DNA of 64,000 bases, taken from NCBI GenBank assembly GCA_003222135.1, contig QHUM01000046.1, positions 1,664 through 65,663 of the forward strand, read 5' to 3'. Below the pieces are notes generated by a model that was not told where the DNA came from, made no database searches, and worked only from the letters and a program-made list of their open reading frames with translations. This stretch comes from Gemmatimonadota bacterium (GTDB lineage Bacteria; Gemmatimonadota; Gemmatimonadetes; Gemmatimonadales; GWC2-71-9). Shown one piece after another: positions 7,039 through 16,521 of this stretch. Position numbers and translations under genes: made by a program. The stretch's first letter is position 1; every line of letters begins with the position of its first letter.

Positions 7039-8394
7039 CTATCGCACGTAGAACGCCGTCCGCCCGAGCCGGCCCCCGCGCTCGAACCACACGGTCACGG
7101 CGCCGCCGCCCGCGGCGGTCGAGAAGGCGCGCCGCAGGTCCTCGGCGCCGGCGACCTTCGTGCGGTTGATCTGGAGCACCACGTCACCGGACCTCAAGCC
7201 CGTGGCCTGCTGCATCTCGTCCGGGATGTCGTAGATCAGCGCCCCGTGGTCGCTCTGGATGCCGCGCTCGGCGCGCACCGCGTCCGTCACCGTGACCACC
7301 TTCATACCGCCCAGAATGGCCACCTTCTCGGCGAGCGTGGTGGGAAGGTCCGTGACCGTGAGTCGCGCGGTGAGCGCCCGGCCGGCATGCTGGTAGGAGA
7401 CTGTGAGTGAGTCGCCGGGACCCGTGTCGAGCAGGACTGCCTCCCAGTCGAGGAAGGTGCGCAGGCGATGTCCCCTCGCAACCAGCAGCACGTCTCCCTC
7501 GGCGATCCCGGCGCGTGCCGCCGGACCGTTCCCGGCCACCTGCGTCACCCGCAGCCCACCTACCCGCTTCCAGCCGCGCAGGTCTTCCGCACCGGCGACG
7601 TCGAGTCCCACCCAGGCGCGGCGCACCGTCCCGAAGCGGCGGAGCTCGTCGGCCACGCGCACCGCACGCTCGATCGGGATCGCGAACCCCACTCCGACCG
7701 AGCCGCCGCTCGGCGTCAGGATATTGCTGTTGATCCCCACGACCTCTCCCAGCGCATTCGCGAGCGGTCCTCCCGAGTTCCCCGGGTTGATGGCGGCGTC
7801 GGTCTGGATCATCCCCACGTAGACACCGGATTGTCCCTCGGACGGGAGCAGGTTCCGCCCCACCGCGCTCACCACGCCCGCCGTGACCGTGGGCTCGGTG
7901 TTTCCAAGGAGATATGCGAAGGGGTTGCCCACCGCGACGACCCATTCACCGATCTGCAGATCCGTGCTCTTGCCGAGCGGCGTAACGGGGAGGCCTGCCC
8001 CGTCGATCTTGAGGACTGCGATATCCGTCAGCGGGTCCTCACCGAGGATCTTTGCCGGGAAGTCACGCCCGTCGCGCGCCGTCACGACGATTTGCTCCGC
8101 GCCCTGAGTCACGTGCTGGTTGGTGATCACGAGACCGTCCGGCGAGACGATGAATCCGGACCCGTACCCCTCGACCGCCTGCTCGTAGCCGCGCGGCATG
8201 AAGAAGAGGTCGAACGCGTCGGCGGCCACGCGACGCTCCCGCCGCAGCACGTTCACGCTCACGACGGCGGGCGCCACGCGGGCCGCGGCGGTGACGATCG
8301 CCGTCTGGCGCGAGCGGGGCGCGTCTTGCGCCCGCGCCGCTGGGCCGGCCGCCCCCAGCGCCGCTGAAAGCCCGCAGACCAGAAGCCCCCGCAT
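7039..8394 (-). CDS. HtrA/DegP-family serine protease with PDZ domains
   Basis: Motifs: TNQHV (His), DIAVLK (Asp) and GNSGGPL (Ser). The start is taken at ATG 8394 (MRGLLVCGLSAALGAAGPAARAQ signal) rather than the track ORF start at 8658. Confidence 0.9.
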   Translation of the reverse strand: MRGLLVCGLSAALGAAGPAARAQDAPRSRQTAIVTAAARVAPAVVSVNVLRRERRVAADAFDLFFMPRGYEQAVEGYGSGFIVSPDGLVITNQHVTQGAEQIVVTARDGRDFPAKILGEDPLTDIAVLKIDGAGLPVTPLGKSTDLQIGEWVVAVGNPFAYLLGNTEPTVTAGVVSAVGRNLLPSEGQSGVYVGMIQTDAAINPGNSGGPLANALGEVVGINSNILTPSGGSVGVGFAIPIERAVRVADELRRFGTVRRAWVGLDVAGAEDLRGWKRVGGLRVTQVAGNGPAARAGIAEGDVLLVARGHRLRTFLDWEAVLLDTGPGDSLTVSYQHAGRALTARLTVTDLPTTLAEKVAILGGMKVVTVTDAVRAERGIQSDHGALIYDIPDEMQQATGLRSGDVVLQINRTKVAGAEDLRRAFSTAAGGGAVTVWFERGGRLGRTAFYVR

Positions 8395-8446
8395 GGGGGG
8401 AATTCTATCACTTGCGGGTCCGGAGCGGGCGGGTAAAGGGCCGCGG

Positions 8447-9346
8447 TCAGGCTGCCGCGGGGCGCGGCGCCTGGCCCTTGCGCCACCGCCGCACTGCGAG
8501 CCAGCCGAGCGTGGTGACTGCGCCCAACGGCACGACGACTCCGAGCGACCCGATGCACCAGGCCACCAGATCGACGAAGTTCCGCCACGCCTGCTTGAAC
8601 GCCTCGGCCACGACGCTCGAGCCGGGATGGCCCACCACGGGAACCGGCTCGTGTACACAGATCGTGAGCGTGCTCAGGGCGGCGTGCGCCTGGAGATAGC
8701 GGAGCCGCCCCTCATAGCGCTCGATCTCCTGGCGCACTCGTGCCAGCGCTTGCTCGACATCCAGGACATCCTTGAGCTTTCCGGTTCGTGTGGCGATCAG
8801 CTCGATCAGGCGGGTCTCGAGTCGCCGCGCGTTCGCCATGCGGGCGGTGGCGTCGGTGAACTCCTCGCCGACGTCCTCGGCGCTGACGTTCACCGACTCG
8901 AGCTTGCCGATCGGTGCGAGGCCGCCCAGCCCTTCGTCGAAGCGGGGCGCCGGGATCTTCACCTCGAGGGTCGCCGAGCGGAGCTGGCCGCGGCCGGTCT
9001 GCATCGCCGTGTTCGCGACATAGCCGCCGAGCTGACGGGCGAGCTGGCGCACCAATGCGACCGCGGGCTCGAGCGAGTCCACCTCGATGCTCGCCTGGCC
9101 GGTGCGGATGATCATGGCCGAAGTCACGTCGCTGGGCCGGATCGGCGGGAAGTCCGATGGCGCTCGCTCCCGCGCGGCGACGGCGAGGCCCTGAGTTTGT
9201 GCGCTCAGGCTGGGGCGTTCCGCGTATCCGACCACTCGATCGGCCGCGCGGTCGCCGGCATCCGTGCGGGCGGCGCGCTCGAGGCACCCCCAGGAGGCGG
9301 TCAATGCAGTGGCGAGTGCCGTCGCGACGAGGATCGGTCTGCGCAT
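8447..9346 (-). CDS. DUF4349-like secreted/membrane-anchored protein
   Basis: Signal/lipobox-like MRRPILVATALATALTASWGC, a coiled-coil middle and a C-terminal TM segment. The architecture is typical of DUF4349. Start taken at ATG 9346. Confidence 0.65.
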   Translation of the reverse strand: MRRPILVATALATALTASWGCLERAARTDAGDRAADRVVGYAERPSLSAQTQGLAVAARERAPSDFPPIRPSDVTSAMIIRTGQASIEVDSLEPAVALVRQLARQLGGYVANTAMQTGRGQLRSATLEVKIPAPRFDEGLGGLAPIGKLESVNVSAEDVGEEFTDATARMANARRLETRLIELIATRTGKLKDVLDVEQALARVRQEIERYEGRLRYLQAHAALSTLTICVHEPVPVVGHPGSSVVAEAFKQAWRNFVDLVAWCIGSLGVVVPLGAVTTLGWLAVRRWRKGQAPRPAAA

Positions 9347-9447
9347 GCCGAATATCCCGGGGGTTTGGGTCCCATGAGAGACGCATGAAACGCGGCCGCT
9401 TGCACAGCAGAGGGAACCCGCGAGCGCCACGCCCCGTAGGGCCGGCC

Positions 9448-10167
9448 ATGGTGATCCGGAAGCTCGAGCTGGCGGCGCTGCGGCAATGGGAGTGGCTGGA
9501 GGCGCGCATCGCCGCGCCCGGACGGCCGCCACAGTGGCGGCCGCTCGCTCGCCGCGCCCTCGCGCTCGCCGGGAAGCTCGGCGTGCTCGCCGTACTGCCG
9601 TTCTTCGTGCTGGTGCGGGGCTCGGTGTTTCTGTACGCGCATAGCGGCTACGGGCCGTGGCTCGCGCTGGCGGGCGGCGCCGGGTGCACGCTGGTGGTCG
9701 TGACCGCGTACGCCGCCTGGCTCTCGCACCGGCTGACCGGCCGGGTCAACGTGCTGTCGCTCGCTCGGCGCGTCGCACTGCCGCTCGTGCTCGCCTATTG
9801 CGGCTACGCCCTGATCTACCTCTCGAGCGGCAACGCCAAGTCTGACCAGGTGCGCGCGTACTACAGCTCGCTCCATCCACTGCTCCGCGTGGCGCTCAGC
9901 ACCTGGATCCTCGTGGACAGGGATATCGTGATCACCGAAGTCGCCCGCCAGCGGTCCGATTACGCCGCGATGGGGATGCGGCCCAACGACGGGTCGCTGC
10001 ACTACGTGCAGGAAGACGGCTACATCCACGCCGTCGATCTGCGCACGCGCGGCCGTAGCGCGGTGAAGAACCGCCTGGTGCAGCTGTATTTCTGGACCGC
10101 GGGACTCGGGACGCTGCGTCACGTGGGCACGAGCGACCACCTGCACGTGGAGTTGCGACTGCGCTGA
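9448..10167 (+). CDS. membrane protein with C-terminal LAS/peptidase-M15-like motifs
   Basis: Four predicted TM segments, then SLHYVQEDGYIHAVDL and SDHLHVEL (SxH...D / HxH pattern of LAS metallopeptidases). Start chosen at ATG 9448; ATG 9385 is an alternative. Confidence 0.45.
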   Translation: MVIRKLELAALRQWEWLEARIAAPGRPPQWRPLARRALALAGKLGVLAVLPFFVLVRGSVFLYAHSGYGPWLALAGGAGCTLVVVTAYAAWLSHRLTGRVNVLSLARRVALPLVLAYCGYALIYLSSGNAKSDQVRAYYSSLHPLLRVALSTWILVDRDIVITEVARQRSDYAAMGMRPNDGSLHYVQEDGYIHAVDLRTRGRSAVKNRLVQLYFWTAGLGTLRHVGTSDHLHVELRLR

Positions 10168-10216
10168 CGGGCAGTAGCTTCTCCGGTCGTTCTTCACCTT
10201 CCGAGACACCACGCAC

Positions 10217-13200
10217 ATGCGCGCTCACTTGCCACGCGGCGGCGCGAGCTCCGTACTCGCCGTCGTCTGCACCCTCGCCGTTGCGCCGGCCGACGCGGCC
10301 GCCCAGGTGGCGAAGTACGACACCAGCCTGTACCGCGGTTTGGTGTGGCGCGAGGTCGGGCCGTTCCGCGGCGGCCGCGTGACCGCGGTCGCGGGGAGCT
10401 CGGCACAGCCCCTCGTCTATTACATGGGTGGCACAGGGGGCGGCGTGTGGAAGACGGTGGATGGCGGGCTGACGTGGCTGCCGGTCTCGGACAAGTTCTT
10501 CACCGCCGGATCGGTCGGTGCCCTCGCGGTGGCGCCGTCCGATGCGAACGTGGTCTATGCCGGCACGGGGGAGTCCCCGATTCGCGGCAACCTCTCGCCG
10601 GGCGACGGCCTCTACAAGTCCAGCGATGCCGGTAAGACGTGGAAGAAGATCGGGCTCGCCGACGCGGGCCAGATCGCCCACATCGAGGTCCATCCGCAAA
10701 ATCCCGATCTCGCATACGTCGCCGTCCTGGGCCACGCGTTCGGCGCGAATCCGACCCGCGGCGTGTTCCGCACCAAGGACGGCGGCAAGACTTGGGACAA
10801 GGTGCTGTATCGGAACGACAGCACCGGGGCGATCGACTTGGCGCTCGATGCGGTCAACCCACGAATCCTCTACGCGGGGCTCTGGCAGGCGGTGCGGCGC
10901 CCCTGGGAGCTGGTCTCGGGTGGGGCGGGCAGCGGGATCTTCAAGTCCACCGACGGCGGTGACAGCTGGACGGAGGTCACGCGCAACAAGGGCCTCCCCA
11001 AGGGGATCCTCGGGAAGGTGGGCCTCGCCGTCTCGCCGCTCGACCACGAGCGGGTGTGGGCGCTGGTCGAGGCGGATTCGGGCGGGCTGTTCCGCTCGGA
11101 TGACGGCGGCGCGACCTGGACCCGCACGAGCGACGACCACGAGATCCGGCAGCGGGCTTGGTATTTCACGCACGTGTTCGCCGATCCGGGAAACGTGGAC
11201 GGCGTATACGCGCTCAACACGGCGCTGCTCAGGTCGGTGGACGGCGGCAAGACGTTCACGACGCTGCGCGGCTCCCACGGGGACCACCACGCGCTGTGGA
11301 TCGACCCCCGCGATCCCGCGCGCATGATCAACGGCAACGATGGCGGCGCGACCATCAGCGGTAACGGCGGTGCGACCTGGACCACGGAGGGGAACCAGCC
11401 GACGGCCCAGTTCTATCATGTGATCGCCACGACGCATTTCCCGTACAGGCTGTGCGGCGCGCAGCAGGACAACAGCACCGTGTGCATCGCCGCACGGACC
11501 GATGGGATCGGGATCGGTGAAAAGGATTGGTACGACGTGGGGGGCGGCGAGAGCGGCTGGATCGCGGCGCGTCAAGACGACCCGGACATCGTGTTCGCGG
11601 GCAGTTATGGCGGGCTCATCACGCGCTACGACCACAACACCGGACACGAACGGGCGATCAACGCCTGGCCCGACAACCCGATGGGCTGGGGCGCCGCGAA
11701 TCTCAAGTATCGCTTCCAGTGGACGTTTCCGATCGTAGTGGCCCCGCTCAATCCCAACGACCTGTTCATCGCCGCGCAGGTGCTGTTCCGCTCGACCAAT
11801 GAGGGGCAGAGCTGGCAGGCGATCAGTCCGGACCTGACGCGTAACGACAAGAGCAGACAGGGCCCGTCCGGAGGCCCGATCACCAAGGACAACACGAGCA
11901 TCGAGTACTACAACACGATCTTCACGGTGGCGCCGAGCCCGAAGGATTCGAACGTGATCTGGGTCGGCACCGACGACGGCCTCGTGCAGGTGACGCGTGA
12001 CGGCGGGAAGTCGTGGCAGAACGTCACGCCCAAGGACCTGCCGGAGTGGGCGCTGGTGAGCACCGTGGAAGCATCGCCGCACGACGCCGCGACGGCCTAT
12101 GTCGCAGCCACGCGCTACAAGCTCGATGACTTTCGGCCGTACGTGTACAAGACGAGCGACTACGGCCGCTCCTGGAAGAAGATCGTGACCGGGATTTCCG
12201 AGACGCATTTCGTGCGCGTGGTGCGCGAAGATCCGGCGCGCCGCGGGCTGCTGTTCGCCGGCACCGAGTTCGGGATGTATGTGTCGTTCGACGACGGTGC
12301 GAGCTGGCAGACCTTGCAACTCAACCTGCCCGTCGTGCCGGTCCACGATCTCACGGTGAAGGACCATGACCTGGCTGCGGCAACGCACGGGCGCGCGTTC
12401 TGGGTACTGGACGACATCACCCCCCTCGAGCAGCTGTCGGAGGAGGTCGCGCGCGCGGACCGGCACCTCTTCACCCCGCGCGACGCCGTGCGATTCCGCG
12501 GGCCCGGCTTCGTGCCGGTGCGCAGTCTTACGGGGCTCGGGGCCAACCCGCCGAACGGCGCGACGGTGTACTTCTATTTGAAGCAGAAGCCCGAGGAGGA
12601 GGCGACGCTCGTGTTCCTCGACGCGCGCGACTCGGTGGTGCGCCGGTTCTCGAGCCGCCCGAAGGAGCCGGCGGACTCTCTCAAGGCCGAAGCAGGGCTG
12701 AATCGGTTCGTGTGGGACCTGCGCCATGCCGACGCACACCGCTTCAAGGGTCTCGTGTTTTGGGCCGGGAATACGCGGGGTCCGCTCGCGGTGCCGGGGA
12801 GCTACAAGGTCCGGCTGACCGACGGGGGCTGGTCGGAGACCCGGGGCTTGAACGTGGTGAAGGACCCGCGGGTCAAGGCCAGCCCGGCCGAGCTGCAACA
12901 GCAGTTCGACCTGCTCGTCCGGATCCGTGACCGCGTGAGCGCGGCGGACGACGCCGTGCAGCAGATCCGTGACGTGAAGGAACAGATCGACGCCGCCGCC
13001 AAACGCGCGAAGGGACTGCCTGCCGGGAAGGGTGCCGCCATCGCCCGGGCGGCGGATTCGCTCCAGGCGAAGCTCGGCGCGGTCGAAGAAGCCATCTACC
13101 AGGTCAGGAACAAGAGCAACGAGGATGCGCTCAACTTCCCGATCAAGGTGAACAACAAGCTCGCGTCGCTCGCGGGGGTCGTGGGCAGCGCGGACGCGCC

Positions 13201-13351
13201 GCCCACCGATCAATCGTACCAGGTGTTCGACCAGCTCGCGGCTGAGCTGCAGGGCTATCTCGACCGGCTGAAGACGATCGTGGAGACCGACGTGCCGGCG
13301 TTCAACCGCACGGTGCGAGAGCAGGACATCCCGGCGGTGCTGGGCCGGTAG
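10217..13351 (+). CDS. secreted BNR/sortilin(VPS10)-repeat protein (glycosyl-hydrolase-like)
   Basis: 1044 aa with a signal peptide. Many SxDxGxTW repeats are present (SSDAGKTWK, TKDGGKTWD, STDGGDSWT, SDDGGATWT, TRDGGKSWQ, SFDDGASWQ). Confidence 0.85.
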   Translation: MRAHLPRGGASSVLAVVCTLAVAPADAAAQVAKYDTSLYRGLVWREVGPFRGGRVTAVAGSSAQPLVYYMGGTGGGVWKTVDGGLTWLPVSDKFFTAGSVGALAVAPSDANVVYAGTGESPIRGNLSPGDGLYKSSDAGKTWKKIGLADAGQIAHIEVHPQNPDLAYVAVLGHAFGANPTRGVFRTKDGGKTWDKVLYRNDSTGAIDLALDAVNPRILYAGLWQAVRRPWELVSGGAGSGIFKSTDGGDSWTEVTRNKGLPKGILGKVGLAVSPLDHERVWALVEADSGGLFRSDDGGATWTRTSDDHEIRQRAWYFTHVFADPGNVDGVYALNTALLRSVDGGKTFTTLRGSHGDHHALWIDPRDPARMINGNDGGATISGNGGATWTTEGNQPTAQFYHVIATTHFPYRLCGAQQDNSTVCIAARTDGIGIGEKDWYDVGGGESGWIAARQDDPDIVFAGSYGGLITRYDHNTGHERAINAWPDNPMGWGAANLKYRFQWTFPIVVAPLNPNDLFIAAQVLFRSTNEGQSWQAISPDLTRNDKSRQGPSGGPITKDNTSIEYYNTIFTVAPSPKDSNVIWVGTDDGLVQVTRDGGKSWQNVTPKDLPEWALVSTVEASPHDAATAYVAATRYKLDDFRPYVYKTSDYGRSWKKIVTGISETHFVRVVREDPARRGLLFAGTEFGMYVSFDDGASWQTLQLNLPVVPVHDLTVKDHDLAAATHGRAFWVLDDITPLEQLSEEVARADRHLFTPRDAVRFRGPGFVPVRSLTGLGANPPNGATVYFYLKQKPEEEATLVFLDARDSVVRRFSSRPKEPADSLKAEAGLNRFVWDLRHADAHRFKGLVFWAGNTRGPLAVPGSYKVRLTDGGWSETRGLNVVKDPRVKASPAELQQQFDLLVRIRDRVSAADDAVQQIRDVKEQIDAAAKRAKGLPAGKGAAIARAADSLQAKLGAVEEAIYQVRNKSNEDALNFPIKVNNKLASLAGVVGSADAPPTDQSYQVFDQLAAELQGYLDRLKTIVETDVPAFNRTVREQDIPAVLGR

Positions 13352-13358
13352 GGACCCC

Positions 13359-13655
13359 GTGCCGTTCACGCGCGACGACATCCGGGCCGCCGTGGAGCGC
13401 GCCGGCGACGAGCACTGGAAGGCGCTGCGCGATCATCACGAAGACGCCTATCCCGACCCGAAGCCCACGCCCGGCGACGTGTGCAAGGCCGAAGCCGAGC
13501 GACTCAATGCGATGGGTTTGGGCGACGCCAACGAGTTCGAGCTCGTGGAGACCCGCGTCGAACGGGTGGGGGCCGAGGTGCGCCTGACCCACGTGTTCCG
13601 CTACAAGCCGCTCAACATCCGGCTCCTGACAGAGCCGTTCCAAGGCTACCGCTAA
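13359..13655 (+). CDS. hypothetical protein
   Basis: 98-aa ORF that fits tightly between its neighbours (7 nt after the upstream stop, 2 nt before the next start). No recognisable motif. Confidence 0.4.
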   Translation: MPFTRDDIRAAVERAGDEHWKALRDHHEDAYPDPKPTPGDVCKAEAERLNAMGLGDANEFELVETRVERVGAEVRLTHVFRYKPLNIRLLTEPFQGYR

Positions 13656-13657
13656 CG

Positions 13658-14380
13658 GTGGCTGCTCCTGCCGACCGCGCCAAGCTGTTCGAGGAGATGC
13701 ACCGGCGCGGGGAGCCCTTCGACTACAGTCGCCGGGCCGCCGAGCTGCTGCGTCATCGGTTCGTCGGTGAAGCCGTGCGGCGGCTCCACGCCCACCCGAC
13801 GCGGCTGCTCGACATCGGCTGCAGCATGGGACAGCTCACGGCGCAGCTCGCGGGGCTCCCAGATGCCTTGTTCGCCGTGGATCTGTCGCCGACGGCGATC
13901 CGGGCGGCGCGGGACCGGCTGCGCACGGTCGGTGTGCCCGCCCGGTTCGTGGTCGCGAGTGCCACCGCGCTGCCGTTCCGAGAAGCGGCATTCGACGTCA
14001 CCGTGCTCTCGGACGGGCTCCACAGCTGGCAGCTCACCCCCGAGGAGCGTCAGCGGGCTCTGGCGCAGACGCATCGGATTCTGAGACCGGGCGGCTGGGC
14101 CGTACTCACCGAGTACCTGCAACCCCGCGCCTTTCCAGCCTTCGTGACGCAGGTGCGCGCCAGTCCGCTCGCCGTGGTGTCGATCGAATACCTGCACGAT
14201 CGCTTGTGGTACCAGGTGGAGTCGTGGTTCAAGGCCGTGCGCGATTGGCGCTGGGTGCAACGCCTGTTCGGCAGCATGGCCTTGGCGCGGCTGCTCCGCT
14301 CGGTCGCGCGGCCGCTCGGACCCTTAGGGTCGCGGCACATTCTGGTTATTGCCCGCCGATCTGACGAGGTGCCGCAGTGA
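13658..14380 (+). CDS. class I SAM-dependent methyltransferase
   Basis: Motif I LLDIGCSMGQL and later VLSDGLH ... LRPGGWAV. GTG 13658 sits directly after the upstream stop. The track ORF begins at 13481 inside the previous gene. Confidence 0.8.
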   Translation: MAAPADRAKLFEEMHRRGEPFDYSRRAAELLRHRFVGEAVRRLHAHPTRLLDIGCSMGQLTAQLAGLPDALFAVDLSPTAIRAARDRLRTVGVPARFVVASATALPFREAAFDVTVLSDGLHSWQLTPEERQRALAQTHRILRPGGWAVLTEYLQPRAFPAFVTQVRASPLAVVSIEYLHDRLWYQVESWFKAVRDWRWVQRLFGSMALARLLRSVARPLGPLGSRHILVIARRSDEVPQ

Positions 14381-14415
14381 GGTGCTGCACTTGTTGCATC
14401 GGTGTCACACGAAAT

Positions 14416-14430
14416 GTGCATAATCTGCAC
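14416..14430. promoter_or_regulatory. perfect dyad GTGCA-N5-TGCAC (candidate enhancer-binding-protein site)
   Basis: gtgcataatctgcac. More TGCAC/TGCAT half-sites lie at 14386-14399. The centre is about 60 nt upstream of the sigma54-like element. Confidence 0.35.
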
Positions 14431-14480
14431 GGTCATTAGTACAGTCTAGCAAGCCTACCTGAATGGGTGGTTGCGCGCTG

Positions 14481-14496
14481 TGGTCCATTTTGTGCA
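14481..14496 (+). promoter_or_regulatory. sigma54-type -24/-12 element upstream of amtB
   Basis: TGGTCCATTTTGTGCA has GG and GC exactly 10 nt apart, as in TGGCACG-N4-TTGCA. It lies 58 nt upstream of the amtB ATG. Confidence 0.4.
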
Positions 14497-14553
14497 TCTT
14501 TTGCGCGAAATCGAAGACAAGCTGCATCCTTCAACCCCCGCTCGGGAGACTGT

Positions 14554-16026
14554 ATGAGACGCGCTGTTGGGCTTGGCTTGCTGATGATGGCAGCGACCCC
14601 GTTTGCTCTGGCGGCGCAAGGCACGCCGGCCGCGGACTCATTGGCGCAGGCCGCGAACACCGCGGCGGCCGCCAACACCGTGGCGATCAACTTCGTCTGG
14701 ACGCTCGTCGCCGGGTTCCTCGTGATGTTCATGCAGGCCGGTTTCGCCATGGTGGAGACGGGGTTCACCCGCGCCAAGAACGCCGCTCACACCATCACGA
14801 TGAACTTCATGGTGTACGGCATCGCGATGCTGGCGTATTGGGCGATCGGCTTCGCCATCCAGGCGGGCGGCGTGGGAGCCCTCGGCACGCTGGGGGGCTA
14901 TGACAAGCTCGCTCATGAGTTCTCCCTCACCATCGCGGGCAAACAGTGGGGGCTGTTCGGCGGCACGGGGTTCTTCCTCACCGGCGTCGCGTACACGGCG
15001 CCGGTGTTCGCCTACTTCCTGTTCCAGATGGTCTTCATGGACACCGCTGCGACGATCCCCACCGGCGCCCTGGCGGAACGGTGGAAGTTCCTAGCGTTCG
15101 TTGTCTTCAGCGTGTTCGTCGGTGCCTTCATCTATCCCATCTACGCGAACTGGACCTGGGGCGGCGGCTGGCTGTCGATGCTCGGCAAGAACCTGGGGCT
15201 GGGCCACGGCCATGTGGATTTCGCGGGATCGTCCGTGGTGCACATGACGGGTGGGGTGATGGCGTTCTTCGCCGCGGCGCTGTTGGGCCCGCGTCGCGGC
15301 AAGTACAACTTCGACGGCAGCGCCAACGCGATCCCCGGTCACAACATCCCAATGGCGCTGATCGGGACGTTCATCCTCGCCTTCGGGTGGTTCGGCTTCA
15401 ACGCCGGATCGACGCTGGCGGGCTCTGACCTGCGCATCGGGGTCATTGCGACGAACACGATGCTGGCTGGGGCGGCGGGTGGCGGGACGCTCGCCGGTTT
15501 GGTAGCGATCACGGCGCCCTGTGCCTTCGTCACCGCGCCGTCCGCGGTGCTGATCGGCGGGATCGCGGGGGTGCTGGTGTGCGTGGCGGTCTTCTTCGTC
15601 GAGCGCCGGCTGCGGATCGACGACCCGGTCGGCGCGATTTCCGTGCACGGAGTCAACGGGCTGTGGGGCATCCTGTCGCTCGGCCTGCTCGCCGACGGCA
15701 CGTACGGGGACGGGTGGAACGGCGTCAACGGGGCGGTGCGCGGGCTGTTCTACGGCGACGCGGGTCAGTTCGCGGCCCAGGTCGTCGGCGGCCTGGCCAA
15801 CTTCGTGGCCGTGGGGGCCATGACCTACGTCGCGTACAAGGTCACCGCGGTCCTCGTGGGCGGCCATCGCGTGGCCCCGGAGATCGAGGAGCTCGGGCTC
15901 GACCTGCCGGAAATGGGAGCACTGGCGTATCCCGACTCGCCGGAAGTGGCCTCGGCGGTCATCCTCAGCGAGCCCGCCGATGTCTCGCTGGGCGGCGGCC
16001 TAGAGCCGGCGACCGAAGCGGCCTGA
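14554..16026 (+). CDS. amtB: ammonium transporter
   Basis: Amt signature regions are FVWTLVAGFLVMFMQAGFAMVETG, DFAGSSVVHMTGG and GVNGLWGILSLGL. Start taken at ATG 14554 (signal MRRAVGLGLLMMAATPFALAAQG). Confidence 0.95.
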   Translation: MRRAVGLGLLMMAATPFALAAQGTPAADSLAQAANTAAAANTVAINFVWTLVAGFLVMFMQAGFAMVETGFTRAKNAAHTITMNFMVYGIAMLAYWAIGFAIQAGGVGALGTLGGYDKLAHEFSLTIAGKQWGLFGGTGFFLTGVAYTAPVFAYFLFQMVFMDTAATIPTGALAERWKFLAFVVFSVFVGAFIYPIYANWTWGGGWLSMLGKNLGLGHGHVDFAGSSVVHMTGGVMAFFAAALLGPRRGKYNFDGSANAIPGHNIPMALIGTFILAFGWFGFNAGSTLAGSDLRIGVIATNTMLAGAAGGGTLAGLVAITAPCAFVTAPSAVLIGGIAGVLVCVAVFFVERRLRIDDPVGAISVHGVNGLWGILSLGLLADGTYGDGWNGVNGAVRGLFYGDAGQFAAQVVGGLANFVAVGAMTYVAYKVTAVLVGGHRVAPEIEELGLDLPEMGALAYPDSPEVASAVILSEPADVSLGGGLEPATEAA

Positions 16027-16070
16027 CAGCGACCCGACAGCGTTTTGACACCTAGCGTGAAGGAGTGAAT

Positions 16071-16478
16071 ATGAAGCTCATCACCACTGTCGTTCGTCCC
16101 GAGCGCCTGCCCCAGGTGAAGGCGGCGCTGTTCCGCGCCGGCGTCACCGGCGTCACGATCAGTCGCGTGAGCGGGCACGGCGGGGAGCGGGAGCTGCACG
16201 AGCACTACCGCGGCGTCAATGTGGTGCTCGAATTCCGCGAGAAGGTGCGCCTCGAGATGGCCGTGTCGGAGCCGTTCGTGGAGCCGACCATCAATGCGAT
16301 CCTGTCCGCGGCGCGCACCGGCCAGGTCGGCGACGGGAAAATCTTTGTCCAGCCGCTGGAACGGGTGATTCGGATCAGGACCGGCGAGGTGGACACGGCC
16401 GCGGTCACGGCGGTCACGGCGGACGAGGTGCAGCGCCGGGCGCTGCAGCAAACGGCGCAGCATACGCCGAAGGTGTAG
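16071..16478 (+). CDS. glnK: P-II nitrogen regulatory protein with 23-aa C-terminal extension
   Basis: MKLITTVVRPERL...TGQVGDGKIFVQPLERVIRIRTGE is canonical P-II. AAGGAG lies 6 nt before ATG 16071. The gene is directly downstream of amtB. Confidence 0.9.
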   Translation: MKLITTVVRPERLPQVKAALFRAGVTGVTISRVSGHGGERELHEHYRGVNVVLEFREKVRLEMAVSEPFVEPTINAILSAARTGQVGDGKIFVQPLERVIRIRTGEVDTAAVTAVTADEVQRRALQQTAQHTPKV

Positions 16479-16521
16479 TGCGGTACGGACCGCTTCCCTC
16501 ACGTTGAGTTAAGGAGAGCAT

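Noticed and set aside
9932-13381. 1149-aa minus-strand ORF
   Set aside because: It is the shadow of the BNR/sortilin gene. The plus strand carries repeated SxDxGxTW motifs and a signal peptide, whereas the minus-strand product is featureless and Arg-rich.
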